In this document: positions 49,771 through 59,488 of the stretch, piece by piece
Layout of the letters: each line of letters starts with the position of its first letter
Position numbering within the stretch: position 1 is the stretch's first letter
DNA from: Paramoeba atlantica
Taxonomy: Eukaryota > Protista > Discosea
Reading direction: 5' to 3'
NCBI GenBank assembly: GCA_977017575.1
Contig: CDRNVI010000002.1
Location: 62,001 to 126,000 of the forward strand
DNA: 64,000 nucleotides
The notes under the pieces: generated by a model
Seen by the model: the letters and a program-made list of their open reading frames with translations, nothing else
Database searches by the model: none
What the model was told of the DNA's origin: nothing
Made by a program: the position numbers and the translations under genes

Positions 49771-52700
49771 TTACCGTCGATCGGGTGAAGTTTGGTGTGA
49801 TCTAGGACGAATTTCCAAAACAGGAGGGCGGTACGGCTCTCCATCTGTTCGCATTAAAAAGGAAGCCCCATACGGCCGAGGAGTCTCTCCTCGAACCCCT
49901 CGGCGGTGAAGAGATATATCAGGCGATCCCGGACTACTGCTATCAGTGTCTCGACGAAAAGAATACGTGCTCGCATCCCGTTCTGCGTATCCTTGGTGAC
50001 GTGGAAAGAAGCTTGAACGACCATCGTAGGCTCTTGGAGCTGGAGGATCGTCCATTGCTCTCGTGGAATGTACGGTTGAACTCGAGAGCGATCGTGTGCG
50101 CATTGGGGCGGATCCGTAGTGGTAATCTTTTTGTTGGAAATTCGAATAAGTTGTCGTGTGCTGGGATGTGGTAGAGGGAGAAATGCTTCCAGGCGGTGGT
50201 GCCTGAGGTGCCACACTCATACCATTCGTTGGATCTTTCGGTGGTGGTGGTGCACTCGATAGTAGAGACGGCTGTACTCCTTGAGTAAGCAAAGGCCACA
50301 ACATGTAATCTCGAGCAGTGCAAAAAATATCCAAAACTCCCTCGGCACAGCAGAGGACAAGCGTTTGTAGAACGATGTAGTGCTCTGCTCCTTCGCTCAC
50401 GCGTGCACCCAGCACACTGAGAGAGACTGCGTGACTTAACAGTGTTGCTGCTCTCCAACGGTTGAGCGCCTTGTACCGAAGGGGACAGAAAACGACAAGC
50501 CACACGGCCATAGCTATGGTGAGAATTACCGCAAGGCCTACCTGCGTGTGGAAACCCCTCAGGTGGTTCGTTGGGGCCGCGCTCAATAACGCCATAATGT
50601 GATAGAATGCGAAAACAATCAGCTTTCGCCGGGAATTCTCGAGATTGAACTCTGCAAAGAAAACTCCATGAGTCCGGGTTAAGTGAAGTGGAAGCCAAAT
50701 CCCAGAAGGACTAAACCATGCTTCGACGTAGGAACGTACCCACTGAGCTCCGGATTGTCGTATGAACCAGTAAGAGCCGTATGCCGGAAGACCGAGAGAG
50801 AGGGAAAGAAGAACAGCAATAAGAAGGATTACATAACCAGCCGAGGCAGTGTAAAAAGCCCGATAAGTAGCGTACGTGCAGCTTACATAGAGAAGCATAC
50901 AGAGTGTGGTTCCCGCATGCCGTAGCGTCAACTCAAAGCCAGTGCTATCAATATTTAACGCAAAGCGCTTGATCAAAACCCGCACAACAACAATAAGAAC
51001 ACATATCACTGCAAAGAGCAAAGCATTCCACAGCACGATTTGAATTTCAGGAGAAACCCGGCTTCCCAGATCTATTGCGCCGTGCAATGGACTCAGGACA
51101 CCCATTGCGGGACGTGTCAAGGCACGTGTTGACGAAGAAGCATAGGACAGTTGAGTGGACATTAGAATGTTAACAACCATGGGATTCGAATTCAGACAGG
51201 CAAAGCATGCAAGAAAAGTGGCGAAGTCGCGTAAACGATAAAAATCGCCTTTTGCTTTGTGATATAAAAGGGTGTGCTCGACGAGCTTTGATCGCGGAGC
51301 AAACCCTGACTCCGTCAATTTCCAAGAAAAAATAGGATCAAAGAAGAAATTTCGTTTGGCTAGTGGGGCTAATCCGGTATCAAATCCAAGACTTAGACTC
51401 ATTGATGTATTCGAGACGAAAGTAACACGGGATGTTTTTTTCATACCATGACTTTGAAGTTCTGGTGGTAAAACCGAGTGCAGTACGATCTCTGGATGGC
51501 GTTCTAGCTTGTTTCTGGCCCATACGTCTCGCTCAATAGCAAACACAAATGTAGGACGCGGTTGGGCGTGGGGATCTAAGAGGGTGAGAAGGCTAACTTC
51601 ATTCGGTCCTGTGAGTGTGACGATCCCCCAACCAGAGTTTTTATCATCAGAATGGCTTGCAATTGCGCGGATCGGTTGTATAGCGAAAATACGATTTTGA
51701 AGACGATCCGCAACAAGGAGGGCATTATCGTAGTACGAAAGAGAAGTGATCTCCTGGAATGTGTAGGTGAGAGGAAATCCGAGTTCACGATAGGTTTTGC
51801 CCCCTGAATCACAATCTTCTTCCTCATAACAGCGTCCAGCGAAAAGAATAGGCTCCAAACCTGCAGTTTTTACAAGACTAACACTATAAATGCACTTAGC
51901 AGTTGATATGTAAAATGAATCATCTACCTCGACATAAGTACAAGAAGTTAGCGGAAGCTCTTCGCTTTCGCTCACTGTTGAGCATAACCATGGTGGAGCT
52001 TGACCAGGTACGTAGTGTGGGTATATTTTCCCGTCAAAATGATAGCGCACCCATCCTGTACGTTCAACAAAGAATGTACGGTTTCCCTTCGCAACTGTAC
52101 ACAAAGGAGCGTGCAATTCCATATCATCTTCCACGCCTGAATCCTCGGAAGCTATCCAATGTGTCACGTGCTTAGAGCGGTCACTTGCACAGGATAAACT
52201 GCCGTAAACAGCTCCTAACTGGTCCTTGGAAGTATCATACTGAAACAAAGCAAAAGGCATGCCGATCCAGAGATGTCTTGAGTCGGCATCCATATGAAGC
52301 ATAGATAGGGGACATAACATGACGTGTTTCAAATCTTTACCGAAGCGTCCCCCAAGCTGGTGCACGACTTCGGCATTTTCTAACTCCAATGAATAAATTC
52401 GAACAATATTCGCGTGGGTTTCAGAGAAATAGAGAGTATCGCTTCCTGAGGCAGATGATATGGTAGAAAGCCCCATAGACATTGGCCCCTTTCGTATACT
52501 TCTTAAATCAGTTGTTTGATAAACGTACTCACCCGCTACATCCAAAGTAAGTAATGAAACTCGGTAGACTTGCTTTGCGTCGCTCAATATCACCAAATCA
52601 ACGACATCTGATCCTGTGGGAAGAAGCGAAAGACTTCGTGGTCTTAGTACTGGAGCCGCTAAAGGATGTACGCCGTGCTTCGACTCAGCATCAAGTTCAA

Positions 52701-53370
52701 TGGTGTGATCGGTGGTTCCCGCAATAGGAACGACGAAGGATCGGTCACACGGAAAGGGACACTCCTCAGCGCGAATTAAGCGGGCACACAACGCCGTACC
52801 TTCCTCACGATTACAGTTGCGACCCAAGTTATGCTCGAGACACCTTCCTATCATCACATAGCCTTGCCCGCAAAACGTGTTTGTGTAGTACGCATCTCTG
52901 TGATCGGCGTAAATGTCTTGTGAACTCCCTTCGTAACATAAAACCTTGAATCGTGACACGCCCAATTTGGATTCGCCACTATCTACACCGAAAAGGAACG
53001 CTTTTTCCGGACATTTCGCCATGCTGCCATAATAAGCAGATTCCCCCTCAACGGTGGTAGCAATCGCTCCAACGTTAGCGCAAAACAATCCGCGCACATG
53101 CTCATCATCCTTTAATCCGTAAGTTTTACATTGGGCACCGAGGCAAGAACCAACCGCTGCCTGATACTTTTCACAAAGTTCAAACTTCGCGTTGTACGTA
53201 TTCATTATTGTACCTGCCACACCACCCTCTTTCCAGCATGACATATTGGTGAGTCCTGGGTAGGGACATGAAGCCTGTAGAGATATTAAACGAAACGAGG
53301 GGAAAGGTGGAACCCCTACCAAAAGCAACCTAAAAAAAGCACCAAAGATAACGAGAGGAAGCAGTACCAT
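49771..53370 (-). CDS. Large membrane protein: signal peptide, Cys-rich and NHL/propeller-like ectodomain, about 8 C-terminal TM helices, Ser/Pro-rich tail
   Basis: Hydrophobic N-terminus, ITSLSYYDNALLVADRLQNRIFAI (NHL-like), multiple TM segments. Resemblance to DGF-1/Bodo-type TM domains is an inference. Confidence 0.6.
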   Translation of the reverse strand: MVLLPLVIFGAFFRLLLVGVPPFPSFRLISLQASCPYPGLTNMSCWKEGGVAGTIMNTYNAKFELCEKYQAAVGSCLGAQCKTYGLKDDEHVRGLFCANVGAIATTVEGESAYYGSMAKCPEKAFLFGVDSGESKLGVSRFKVLCYEGSSQDIYADHRDAYYTNTFCGQGYVMIGRCLEHNLGRNCNREEGTALCARLIRAEECPFPCDRSFVVPIAGTTDHTIELDAESKHGVHPLAAPVLRPRSLSLLPTGSDVVDLVILSDAKQVYRVSLLTLDVAGEYVYQTTDLRSIRKGPMSMGLSTISSASGSDTLYFSETHANIVRIYSLELENAEVVHQLGGRFGKDLKHVMLCPLSMLHMDADSRHLWIGMPFALFQYDTSKDQLGAVYGSLSCASDRSKHVTHWIASEDSGVEDDMELHAPLCTVAKGNRTFFVERTGWVRYHFDGKIYPHYVPGQAPPWLCSTVSESEELPLTSCTYVEVDDSFYISTAKCIYSVSLVKTAGLEPILFAGRCYEEEDCDSGGKTYRELGFPLTYTFQEITSLSYYDNALLVADRLQNRIFAIQPIRAIASHSDDKNSGWGIVTLTGPNEVSLLTLLDPHAQPRPTFVFAIERDVWARNKLERHPEIVLHSVLPPELQSHGMKKTSRVTFVSNTSMSLSLGFDTGLAPLAKRNFFFDPIFSWKLTESGFAPRSKLVEHTLLYHKAKGDFYRLRDFATFLACFACLNSNPMVVNILMSTQLSYASSSTRALTRPAMGVLSPLHGAIDLGSRVSPEIQIVLWNALLFAVICVLIVVVRVLIKRFALNIDSTGFELTLRHAGTTLCMLLYVSCTYATYRAFYTASAGYVILLIAVLLSLSLGLPAYGSYWFIRQSGAQWVRSYVEAWFSPSGIWLPLHLTRTHGVFFAEFNLENSRRKLIVFAFYHIMALLSAAPTNHLRGFHTQVGLAVILTIAMAVWLVVFCPLRYKALNRWRAATLLSHAVSLSVLGARVSEGAEHYIVLQTLVLCCAEGVLDIFCTARDYMLWPLLTQGVQPSLLSSAPPPPKDPTNGMSVAPQAPPPGSISPSTTSQHTTTYSNFQQKDYHYGSAPMRTRSLSSSTVHSTRAMDDPPAPRAYDGRSSFFPRHQGYAERDASTYSFRRDTDSSSPGSPDISLHRRGVRGETPRPYGASFLMRTDGEPYRPPVLEIRPRSHQTSPDRR

Positions 53371-53765
53371 TCGTGCACTTCAGTTCAAGATGAGGTGATT
53401 TGAGTGGTAGGTCTGGGAAACGAAACCGGCTTGTAGGGTTACGAAGGAGCACGCGTTGCAAGTATTGTTAAGCATGTATCTAGTATTGCGATATTGTTTC
53501 TTATGTTACGTAGCACGTAAAATAAAGGAGTCGTACATACGTGTACAGTGTGTATGTATGTGTCACATGTACAGTATGTATAGTAAAACAAAAATTGTAG
53601 ACACATCTATTACTTAGTGTATTTTTGTGAGCTTATTACGGCGCCGAGCACCACAAGCATCTGACAAGAAAAATCCAAGGAACATCAAATGATTGGGAAC
53701 GACAAGAAAACCGAAAAGGGAAAAGCGTCTTTCATCAGAAAGCATACCTTTGCCTTTTATTCATG

Positions 53766-54674
53766 CTACTGGGCAGTTAAGAAGGAAAAGATATACCGAG
53801 TAAAATCAAAAGTCTCGGATCTTAACCAGTAATGCCCCAAATTTCGACCCTTTACTATAGCGACGGACGTATTTCCTAAGCACAAAGAGTAGCGCACTTC
53901 TTCAATTTCGGAGGCAATGCTTACGCGCTTTGGCCTTTCCAGACATTTACAACGCCGCGCCCAAGAGTGAAAATCATCAATCACATTCGGAAAACCGAGA
54001 AATGTAGAACCCTCCCATGGAATGAGACCGTCAGTATCGCCGTGGATTTTCAGTACCGATAGTCCTTGTGAAAATGCATTAAATGACTTATCACAGCGTT
54101 GCATTCCTTCCCTTCCACCGGGACGCAAAGCCACGACCCCCGCAACACTAATTACAGAATGAAATAAGTCAGGGGCAAGACAACCCAAAGCTTCAGCCAT
54201 TATTGCTCCATTGCTAAAGCCAAGAACATGTACTCTAGCCCCTCCGAAATTATGATTGTCCCGAAGATGTGCAATCAGCGTGCGGATAAAAAGCATGTCG
54301 TCAGGATCCGCTTCTTTAATATGACCACTTGATACACCGCTATTCCAGCTTTTTCCCAACCAACTAGAACTAGCCTCTGGCGCCACAAGAACAAAATCAT
54401 TTGAGAAAGCTGCTTCCAGCAGGCCGGTCTCACGTATAAACCGTTCTGGCGTGTCATTCACCCCATGAAGCGCAATGATCACAGGAATTTCTCGTTTTTT
54501 GTACTGTTTTTGGTAGAACATCATAAAATTTCTACCCCCGGTAGATAACTCCAAAGAGAGATTACATAATTTACCTGTTCGATATCTTGTGCAAGATGAA
54601 ACTTTCGAACACATTGCGCGGCCCACAGTCAACCCCAAGAGAGTGCTCCAAATAATAAAAAGCCATGTCACCAT
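53766..54674 (-). CDS. Secreted alpha/beta-hydrolase, LpqC / PHB-depolymerase-like esterase family
   Basis: IIALHG, FVLVAPE, DDMLFI, GFSNGA (nucleophile), IHGDTD..IPW.G, GH.W; signal peptide from ATG at 54674. Confidence 0.8.
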   Translation of the reverse strand: MVTWLFIIWSTLLGLTVGRAMCSKVSSCTRYRTGKLCNLSLELSTGGRNFMMFYQKQYKKREIPVIIALHGVNDTPERFIRETGLLEAAFSNDFVLVAPEASSSWLGKSWNSGVSSGHIKEADPDDMLFIRTLIAHLRDNHNFGGARVHVLGFSNGAIMAEALGCLAPDLFHSVISVAGVVALRPGGREGMQRCDKSFNAFSQGLSVLKIHGDTDGLIPWEGSTFLGFPNVIDDFHSWARRCKCLERPKRVSIASEIEEVRYSLCLGNTSVAIVKGRNLGHYWLRSETFDFTRYIFSFLTAQ

Positions 54675-55011
54675 GCCAGTAGAGATGAAAATATTTTTTT
54701 TCAAAAAACGATTTTGTGCACCCATCCGCTACTAATGGGTAACTTTAAGACTAACTGGTTCCTATGAATTCGGTGATCATTTTCAGTTTGCAGCCGACCT
54801 GCAAAATTATCGAGGATAGAACAGTAGATATGCAGTTGTGTGTCTGTCGCAACACTAAATTTCTTGTCAAGCTCTTTTAGCTTGAGTCTCATTGAGACAT
54901 AATTGTTTCCTTCATATAGACTCATATAGCTACTTTAATATCATACAGCTACTTTAATACACAGCTGCCTACTGTACATTAATACACAGCTGCCTACTAT
55001 ACATCCGTCTT

Positions 55012-55164
55012 TTTGGGGCAAACAAGGACCAATCTCTCTCGTGCCAACTTGAAGCAATGTGCGAATCGATTCGTCGCATCTTCGTTCTGTGGCTGAACCA
55101 GGAGTCGCCCGAATGTAAAGGTGGCGATTAGGTTACAAATTCCCCCTATGCGAGATTGTCGCAT
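55012..55164. repeat. Dispersed structured repeat, copy 2 (homologous to 4185-4327)
   Basis: Same orientation as copy 1; hairpins gcgaat-cg-attcg and atgcga-gattg-tcgcat. Confidence 0.7.
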
Positions 55165-55340
55165 GGGACTCTCCTATAGGGCCAACTGCAGGTCTCCTAC
55201 ATTGAATGAACGAATACGTAGGTGTCTTCCGAAATTGATGGTGCAAAATTGATTAGTGTGGACTCTATTAGATGTTAAAACAAACAACGTGGAGGAATAC
55301 ATACGACTTGATTGTTAGATTCTTTGGACCGACGAAAATA

Positions 55341-56390
55341 TTAGTCTCTGTGTATTTCAGGAATCTCAACTGAAACCGGGGGGGTTGTCCTTTCATAAGC
55401 TTCGAGTACAAGCAACTGAAAGGGTACGCCTGACTCATACTGTAGTGAACTGTCTGGCTCATACGTATTCAAAAACATACTCTGCATTCCTCCTGTCGGT
55501 TCTACCTTTTTGCGCAAATTTACGAATGTATCTGCCAGGGAACTTTCTTCTGGCTCTTGTGTCTCCGGAGGCTTAAATGTATCTATGTTACTTGTTTCTT
55601 CTTGTTTCGTAGAATGCAATGTCTCATCGTATCTCGACCTCAACTCTGCAAGCAAAGCGGACTTTCGACGCATAGGGAATTCTTTTAACTCAACTCCTGT
55701 TAACAGAGCGTATATGAAGGTTAGATCGCGCAGTGGAATAGCTTCTAGCTGAATTCGTCGCTCAAATAATCGATGAAAATGCAAAATACTTGTTCTGAGT
55801 AAATCTAGTGCTCTACCTGAGGTGGTGAAAAGTTTCGTCCACAACTCTGCAGCGTACGATGCGGATATGGGCTTTGACGATAGGTCATCGTTTGCCACAA
55901 ATTCTACTAGGTTCGAAATTTCATATTTTTCGACTAATTCCTCTGTTTTGTTCAAAAGCTCATTTATAACGACATTAGTACAGTGCATTGGTGGCTCGTC
56001 CGTGAGTTTGAGCCTTGCATTATCTTTGGAAGTGGGCACTGGCTCATGAGGTGACACATACATGCAAGTATCAGTGTACCCCTTTTCGAGAACTTCAGAC
56101 AAAAGCAGCTCTATCTGTTCAATAGATTTTCGGAGAAGATGGTTTCGAAAAGCATCGTTTGAGAACACGTCAAGACCATCCGATGTAAGACGTGAAAAAG
56201 TTCCCTTAGTCATCTCCCGACGGGACAATCGACGGGATTTATTTCTCACGCACATAAAAATCGTCAAAGTGACTGTTTCTAAAAGTATTTCATTGTAAAG
56301 TTGACTATATTGTCGCTGAACACAGTAGCTGTACGAAGTAAATGCATACGAGAGAAAACAGAGTCTAACTAAGCAAAGAAAGGAAACCAT
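55341..56390 (-). CDS. Hypothetical protein (true start probably downstream of 56390)
   Basis: 349-aa ORF co-oriented with the array; no recognisable motif. Confidence 0.6.
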   Translation of the reverse strand: MVSFLCLVRLCFLSYAFTSYSYCVQRQYSQLYNEILLETVTLTIFMCVRNKSRRLSRREMTKGTFSRLTSDGLDVFSNDAFRNHLLRKSIEQIELLLSEVLEKGYTDTCMYVSPHEPVPTSKDNARLKLTDEPPMHCTNVVINELLNKTEELVEKYEISNLVEFVANDDLSSKPISASYAAELWTKLFTTSGRALDLLRTSILHFHRLFERRIQLEAIPLRDLTFIYALLTGVELKEFPMRRKSALLAELRSRYDETLHSTKQEETSNIDTFKPPETQEPEESSLADTFVNLRKKVEPTGGMQSMFLNTYEPDSSLQYESGVPFQLLVLEAYERTTPPVSVEIPEIHRD

Positions 56391-56408
56391 TGACCAACCA
56401 TTGACATA

Positions 56409-58254
56409 CAGTAAACGTCACTATTCTGAGAGTCGCTAAAAATGAGAATTGGGCTGTCAACGTACAACTGGCCAAAATGAGAATGCACTTTGAAAAATGA
56501 GAATGGGGCTTCGGCCACACATGTCAACGTTCAATTGAATTCGATACTCAAAAATGAGAATAGAAAAAAATAACTTTCTTTTAATCACTGCTTAACTCTT
56601 TTCGTATTCTTTGCTCACTGCTTAAACTCGCTGCTTACTCTTCCTGAACACCCATGGTCGTGAGAACCATCCTGTCCATCATGTTCATCATACCAATGTT
56701 GTCTTCGCCACCTTCTTCTTCCTCTTCTTCTGTATCAGTTTCTATGAACGAATCTTCGACGGGTTCATCGAATCGAGAAATTGCTTCATCAACATCGATG
56801 AATCCCTGTTCTTGAAGAGCGGTGTTCGGGTCCAAGTTGGAGTGATACTTTTTTTGACCAACCCAAGTGCCCTGATTTGGGATGTACCCCCCGCTTGACC
56901 AGCATGAGCGAATCTTGTCCCGAGAAATTGAATTCCATGCGTTCCTCGCTAAGCGCATCATGACGTCCCAGGTAGGAGTATATTCGGATGGATTCCCACT
57001 CTTCTCGGCCTCGTCCTGCACAAGAATTCTGTATTGGTGTTTGAACATCTTGATAATTCCCAAATCTGCCGGCTGCCAAACATGGGTCAAGCCTGCTGGG
57101 CCAAAAAGAACTGAACCCCCTCTATAGCCGTACTCATTGCTCTGCCGCAACACATCAGGAAGATGGCGATGACCCTCAAAACGGTCCAGTAGCCACAAGA
57201 ATCTGCCAGACATCAAGGTTTTCATACGTTCAAATATAGCGGTTGAGTTACGTGCGTCTGCCCATGCATTGCGTTGTATGTGCACGGAGCCGTCGTTTTG
57301 ATAGCGATGTGCTAAGTTTTTGGGATTTCGCGACTTGGGATTCGGCTCCCCTTTCAAAACGAATGATAGTGGCATCTTTTCTCCCGCCATAGAAGTACCA
57401 ATAAAAATTGTAACCCGGGTTTTGGACTTTATGTTGGACATGGCTTCCGGAGAAACAGTGCCTTTCTTGCAATAGACGTGTTTCGTTCCGTGCGAAATGA
57501 GAAGTCCAGTTTCATCAACATTCCAGACTCGGGCATCGCCGTATGTTAAGGTGTGGAAGCGTACTTTCTGCACGAAGCTTACCACTTCTGTATCCCAAGA
57601 CGGAGATAATGTCTTCTTTTCTTGAGCAAGACGACGTGTAAACCCGTTTTTCTTTATGAGTCTTCGAATCCAACAATCTAGCGCATTTTGTTTGCCAACG
57701 AATTTGTCCCCAGTGATGCTTCGCACATAAGAAGCAACCTGCTTTATTGTAAATTGCATGGTTTTCTCCATCCAAGATTCCACCTGCGATTTCAGAGTTA
57801 AATGGCCTAGATGACGCGAGACGCGAGCATGCTTGCTCTTTGGTTGAGCAGAAGAAATGCTATCCAAATCCTGGAACCAGCGGTATACAGTTTTTCGAGG
57901 AACATCAATAATGCCGTTTGCAAGGCTATGTTCCATTTTTGCTGTCAGAGTGTCGCCGGGACTACGCCTCACGAGCTCAATAACCTTAAGTTTTTCCTCG
58001 TTCGATAAGCCCATCAAAGAAAATTATTAAAAAGTGTTTAGTAAGATCTGGCAAAGACAAGAGTAAGAATCCATCGGTGAGCGATTGCATTAAAAACTTT
58101 TTTTTAAAAATGAGAATTATGATATGACCTCATAAATAAGTGCCTGTCAACGTTCAACAGACCAATTCTGAGAATAGTGACGAAAAACGACAAAAAAGCC
58201 GTTTTGTGTGTGTCAACGTACAACTGAGCATTCTGAGAATAGTGACGTTTACTG
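56409..58254 (-). mobile_element. Full-length pogo-family (Tc1/mariner superfamily) DNA transposon, 1846 bp
   Basis: TIRs cagtaaacgtcactattctgaga (56409-31) and tctgagaatagtgacgtttactg (58232-54), 22/23 complementary; TA TSD at 56407-08 and 58255-56; single intact transposase ORF. Confidence 0.93.
56635..58014 (-). CDS. pogo-type DDE_1 transposase (two HTH domains, DD39D, acidic tail)
   Basis: HTH (VPRKTVYRW), Tc5-like HTH (WIRRLIKKNGF), catalytic WNVDETG / LLDRFEGH / WQPADLG; 39 residues between D2 and D3. ATG at 58014. Confidence 0.92.
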   Translation of the reverse strand: MGLSNEEKLKVIELVRRSPGDTLTAKMEHSLANGIIDVPRKTVYRWFQDLDSISSAQPKSKHARVSRHLGHLTLKSQVESWMEKTMQFTIKQVASYVRSITGDKFVGKQNALDCWIRRLIKKNGFTRRLAQEKKTLSPSWDTEVVSFVQKVRFHTLTYGDARVWNVDETGLLISHGTKHVYCKKGTVSPEAMSNIKSKTRVTIFIGTSMAGEKMPLSFVLKGEPNPKSRNPKNLAHRYQNDGSVHIQRNAWADARNSTAIFERMKTLMSGRFLWLLDRFEGHRHLPDVLRQSNEYGYRGGSVLFGPAGLTHVWQPADLGIIKMFKHQYRILVQDEAEKSGNPSEYTPTWDVMMRLARNAWNSISRDKIRSCWSSGGYIPNQGTWVGQKKYHSNLDPNTALQEQGFIDVDEAISRFDEPVEDSFIETDTEEEEEEGGEDNIGMMNMMDRMVLTTMGVQEE

Positions 58255-58339
58255 TACTTACTAGGAAACCAATTTGACCAACCATTGACATACTTGAGAT
58301 ACTTAAAGGGCAGAATGTACCTTTGATACACACCGTTGA

Positions 58340-59488
58340 TTAAACAATGCGGTTAAAATTGACATTCTCGGGCTCCAGTTCAATGGGCGAATCTGAAGGT
58401 TTGCGTGCGAAAGTGCCAATCAAGTTCTGTAAACGCCGAATACCACTGAGCTGGAGAGCCGACGTGAGCATGAGCTCCACACAACCCGGGTAGTGAACCA
58501 ACTGGCACCGTGTGAGATCGGTCATCCGTATCAGCCGCTTAATGGGGACCTCATCTGTTTTGGTCATCACCACAGAGAACGGCACTTTGAGCTGATCCAG
58601 GAACTCGAGGTAATACTTATCTTTGGCATGGATCCCCAATTCCGAGGAGATACACACGATTACGCGGGGACAGAATCGCTGCCCGTCGGAGACTTGCCGC
58701 AGGTAGGCACGTAACATGGACTGTGCGGCCTCTACTCGGGCCTCAGGGCTACGCAACGGGGAGACGTGACCGTATCCTGGGGTATCGATCAAACGCATAT
58801 GGTGCCCGACGGTGTAGAAATTCGTACATAGCGTGGTGCCCGGAGTACAGTCGTATTCCGCCACGTGGGTGTTGAGAAGAGAGTTTAACAACGAAGACTT
58901 GCCGACGTTGGTACGCCCGATGAAAGGAATCTCAAAACATCCACGTCGGAGAGTACGCAGCGCGGAGCGGCTCTCGCCTTGCTTTTTGGATATCGTAGGA
59001 GGAAATTCCTCAGGACAGCGTGCCGCGCGGGTGAGCTGAATTTGTCCACCCATTCCGAAAAGAAGCTGAGCGCGCTCGGAGGCTTTCCCCACGGGGACAT
59101 GGGTGTCCCCCCTCGCAATCCACTTCTCCCAATCGACCCCTTTTCGCTGCTGTCGGTGAAACCTTCGTCCGTGCTGCTCCTGGTAGATTTCCTCTACAAT
59201 TTTAGAATCAAACGGACGAGCTTTAAGCATTTTATTTTTCGACGTCGAGGGCTGGATGAAGTCTTCAATAGCACGATGGATGTCACCGTCGTGTCGATCA
59301 AGAAGCACTTTCTCGCGTTTCTTTTGCGTGTTAAAATTGTCGAGAAATTTTTCAGAGGCAACCTCCGTGCGCACTCTCATATCATCGTAAGCAATTTTCC
59401 TTCTAAGGTCACGCTGCATCGGACCCCCAAGGCGTTGGGCTATGTGGCTAAATTCTAAGCCGTTGGGGATACCGATCTTCTGAGCCAT
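58340..59488 (-). CDS. engB: EngB/YihA/YsxC-family GTPase, mitochondrial-type (mt-EngB)
   Basis: EIPFIGRTNVGKSSLLN (G1), PGTT (G2), DTPGYG (G3), TKTD (G4), TSA (G5); long N-terminal extension. Confidence 0.88.
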   Translation of the reverse strand: MAQKIGIPNGLEFSHIAQRLGGPMQRDLRRKIAYDDMRVRTEVASEKFLDNFNTQKKREKVLLDRHDGDIHRAIEDFIQPSTSKNKMLKARPFDSKIVEEIYQEQHGRRFHRQQRKGVDWEKWIARGDTHVPVGKASERAQLLFGMGGQIQLTRAARCPEEFPPTISKKQGESRSALRTLRRGCFEIPFIGRTNVGKSSLLNSLLNTHVAEYDCTPGTTLCTNFYTVGHHMRLIDTPGYGHVSPLRSPEARVEAAQSMLRAYLRQVSDGQRFCPRVIVCISSELGIHAKDKYYLEFLDQLKVPFSVVMTKTDEVPIKRLIRMTDLTRCQLVHYPGCVELMLTSALQLSGIRRLQNLIGTFARKPSDSPIELEPENVNFNRIV

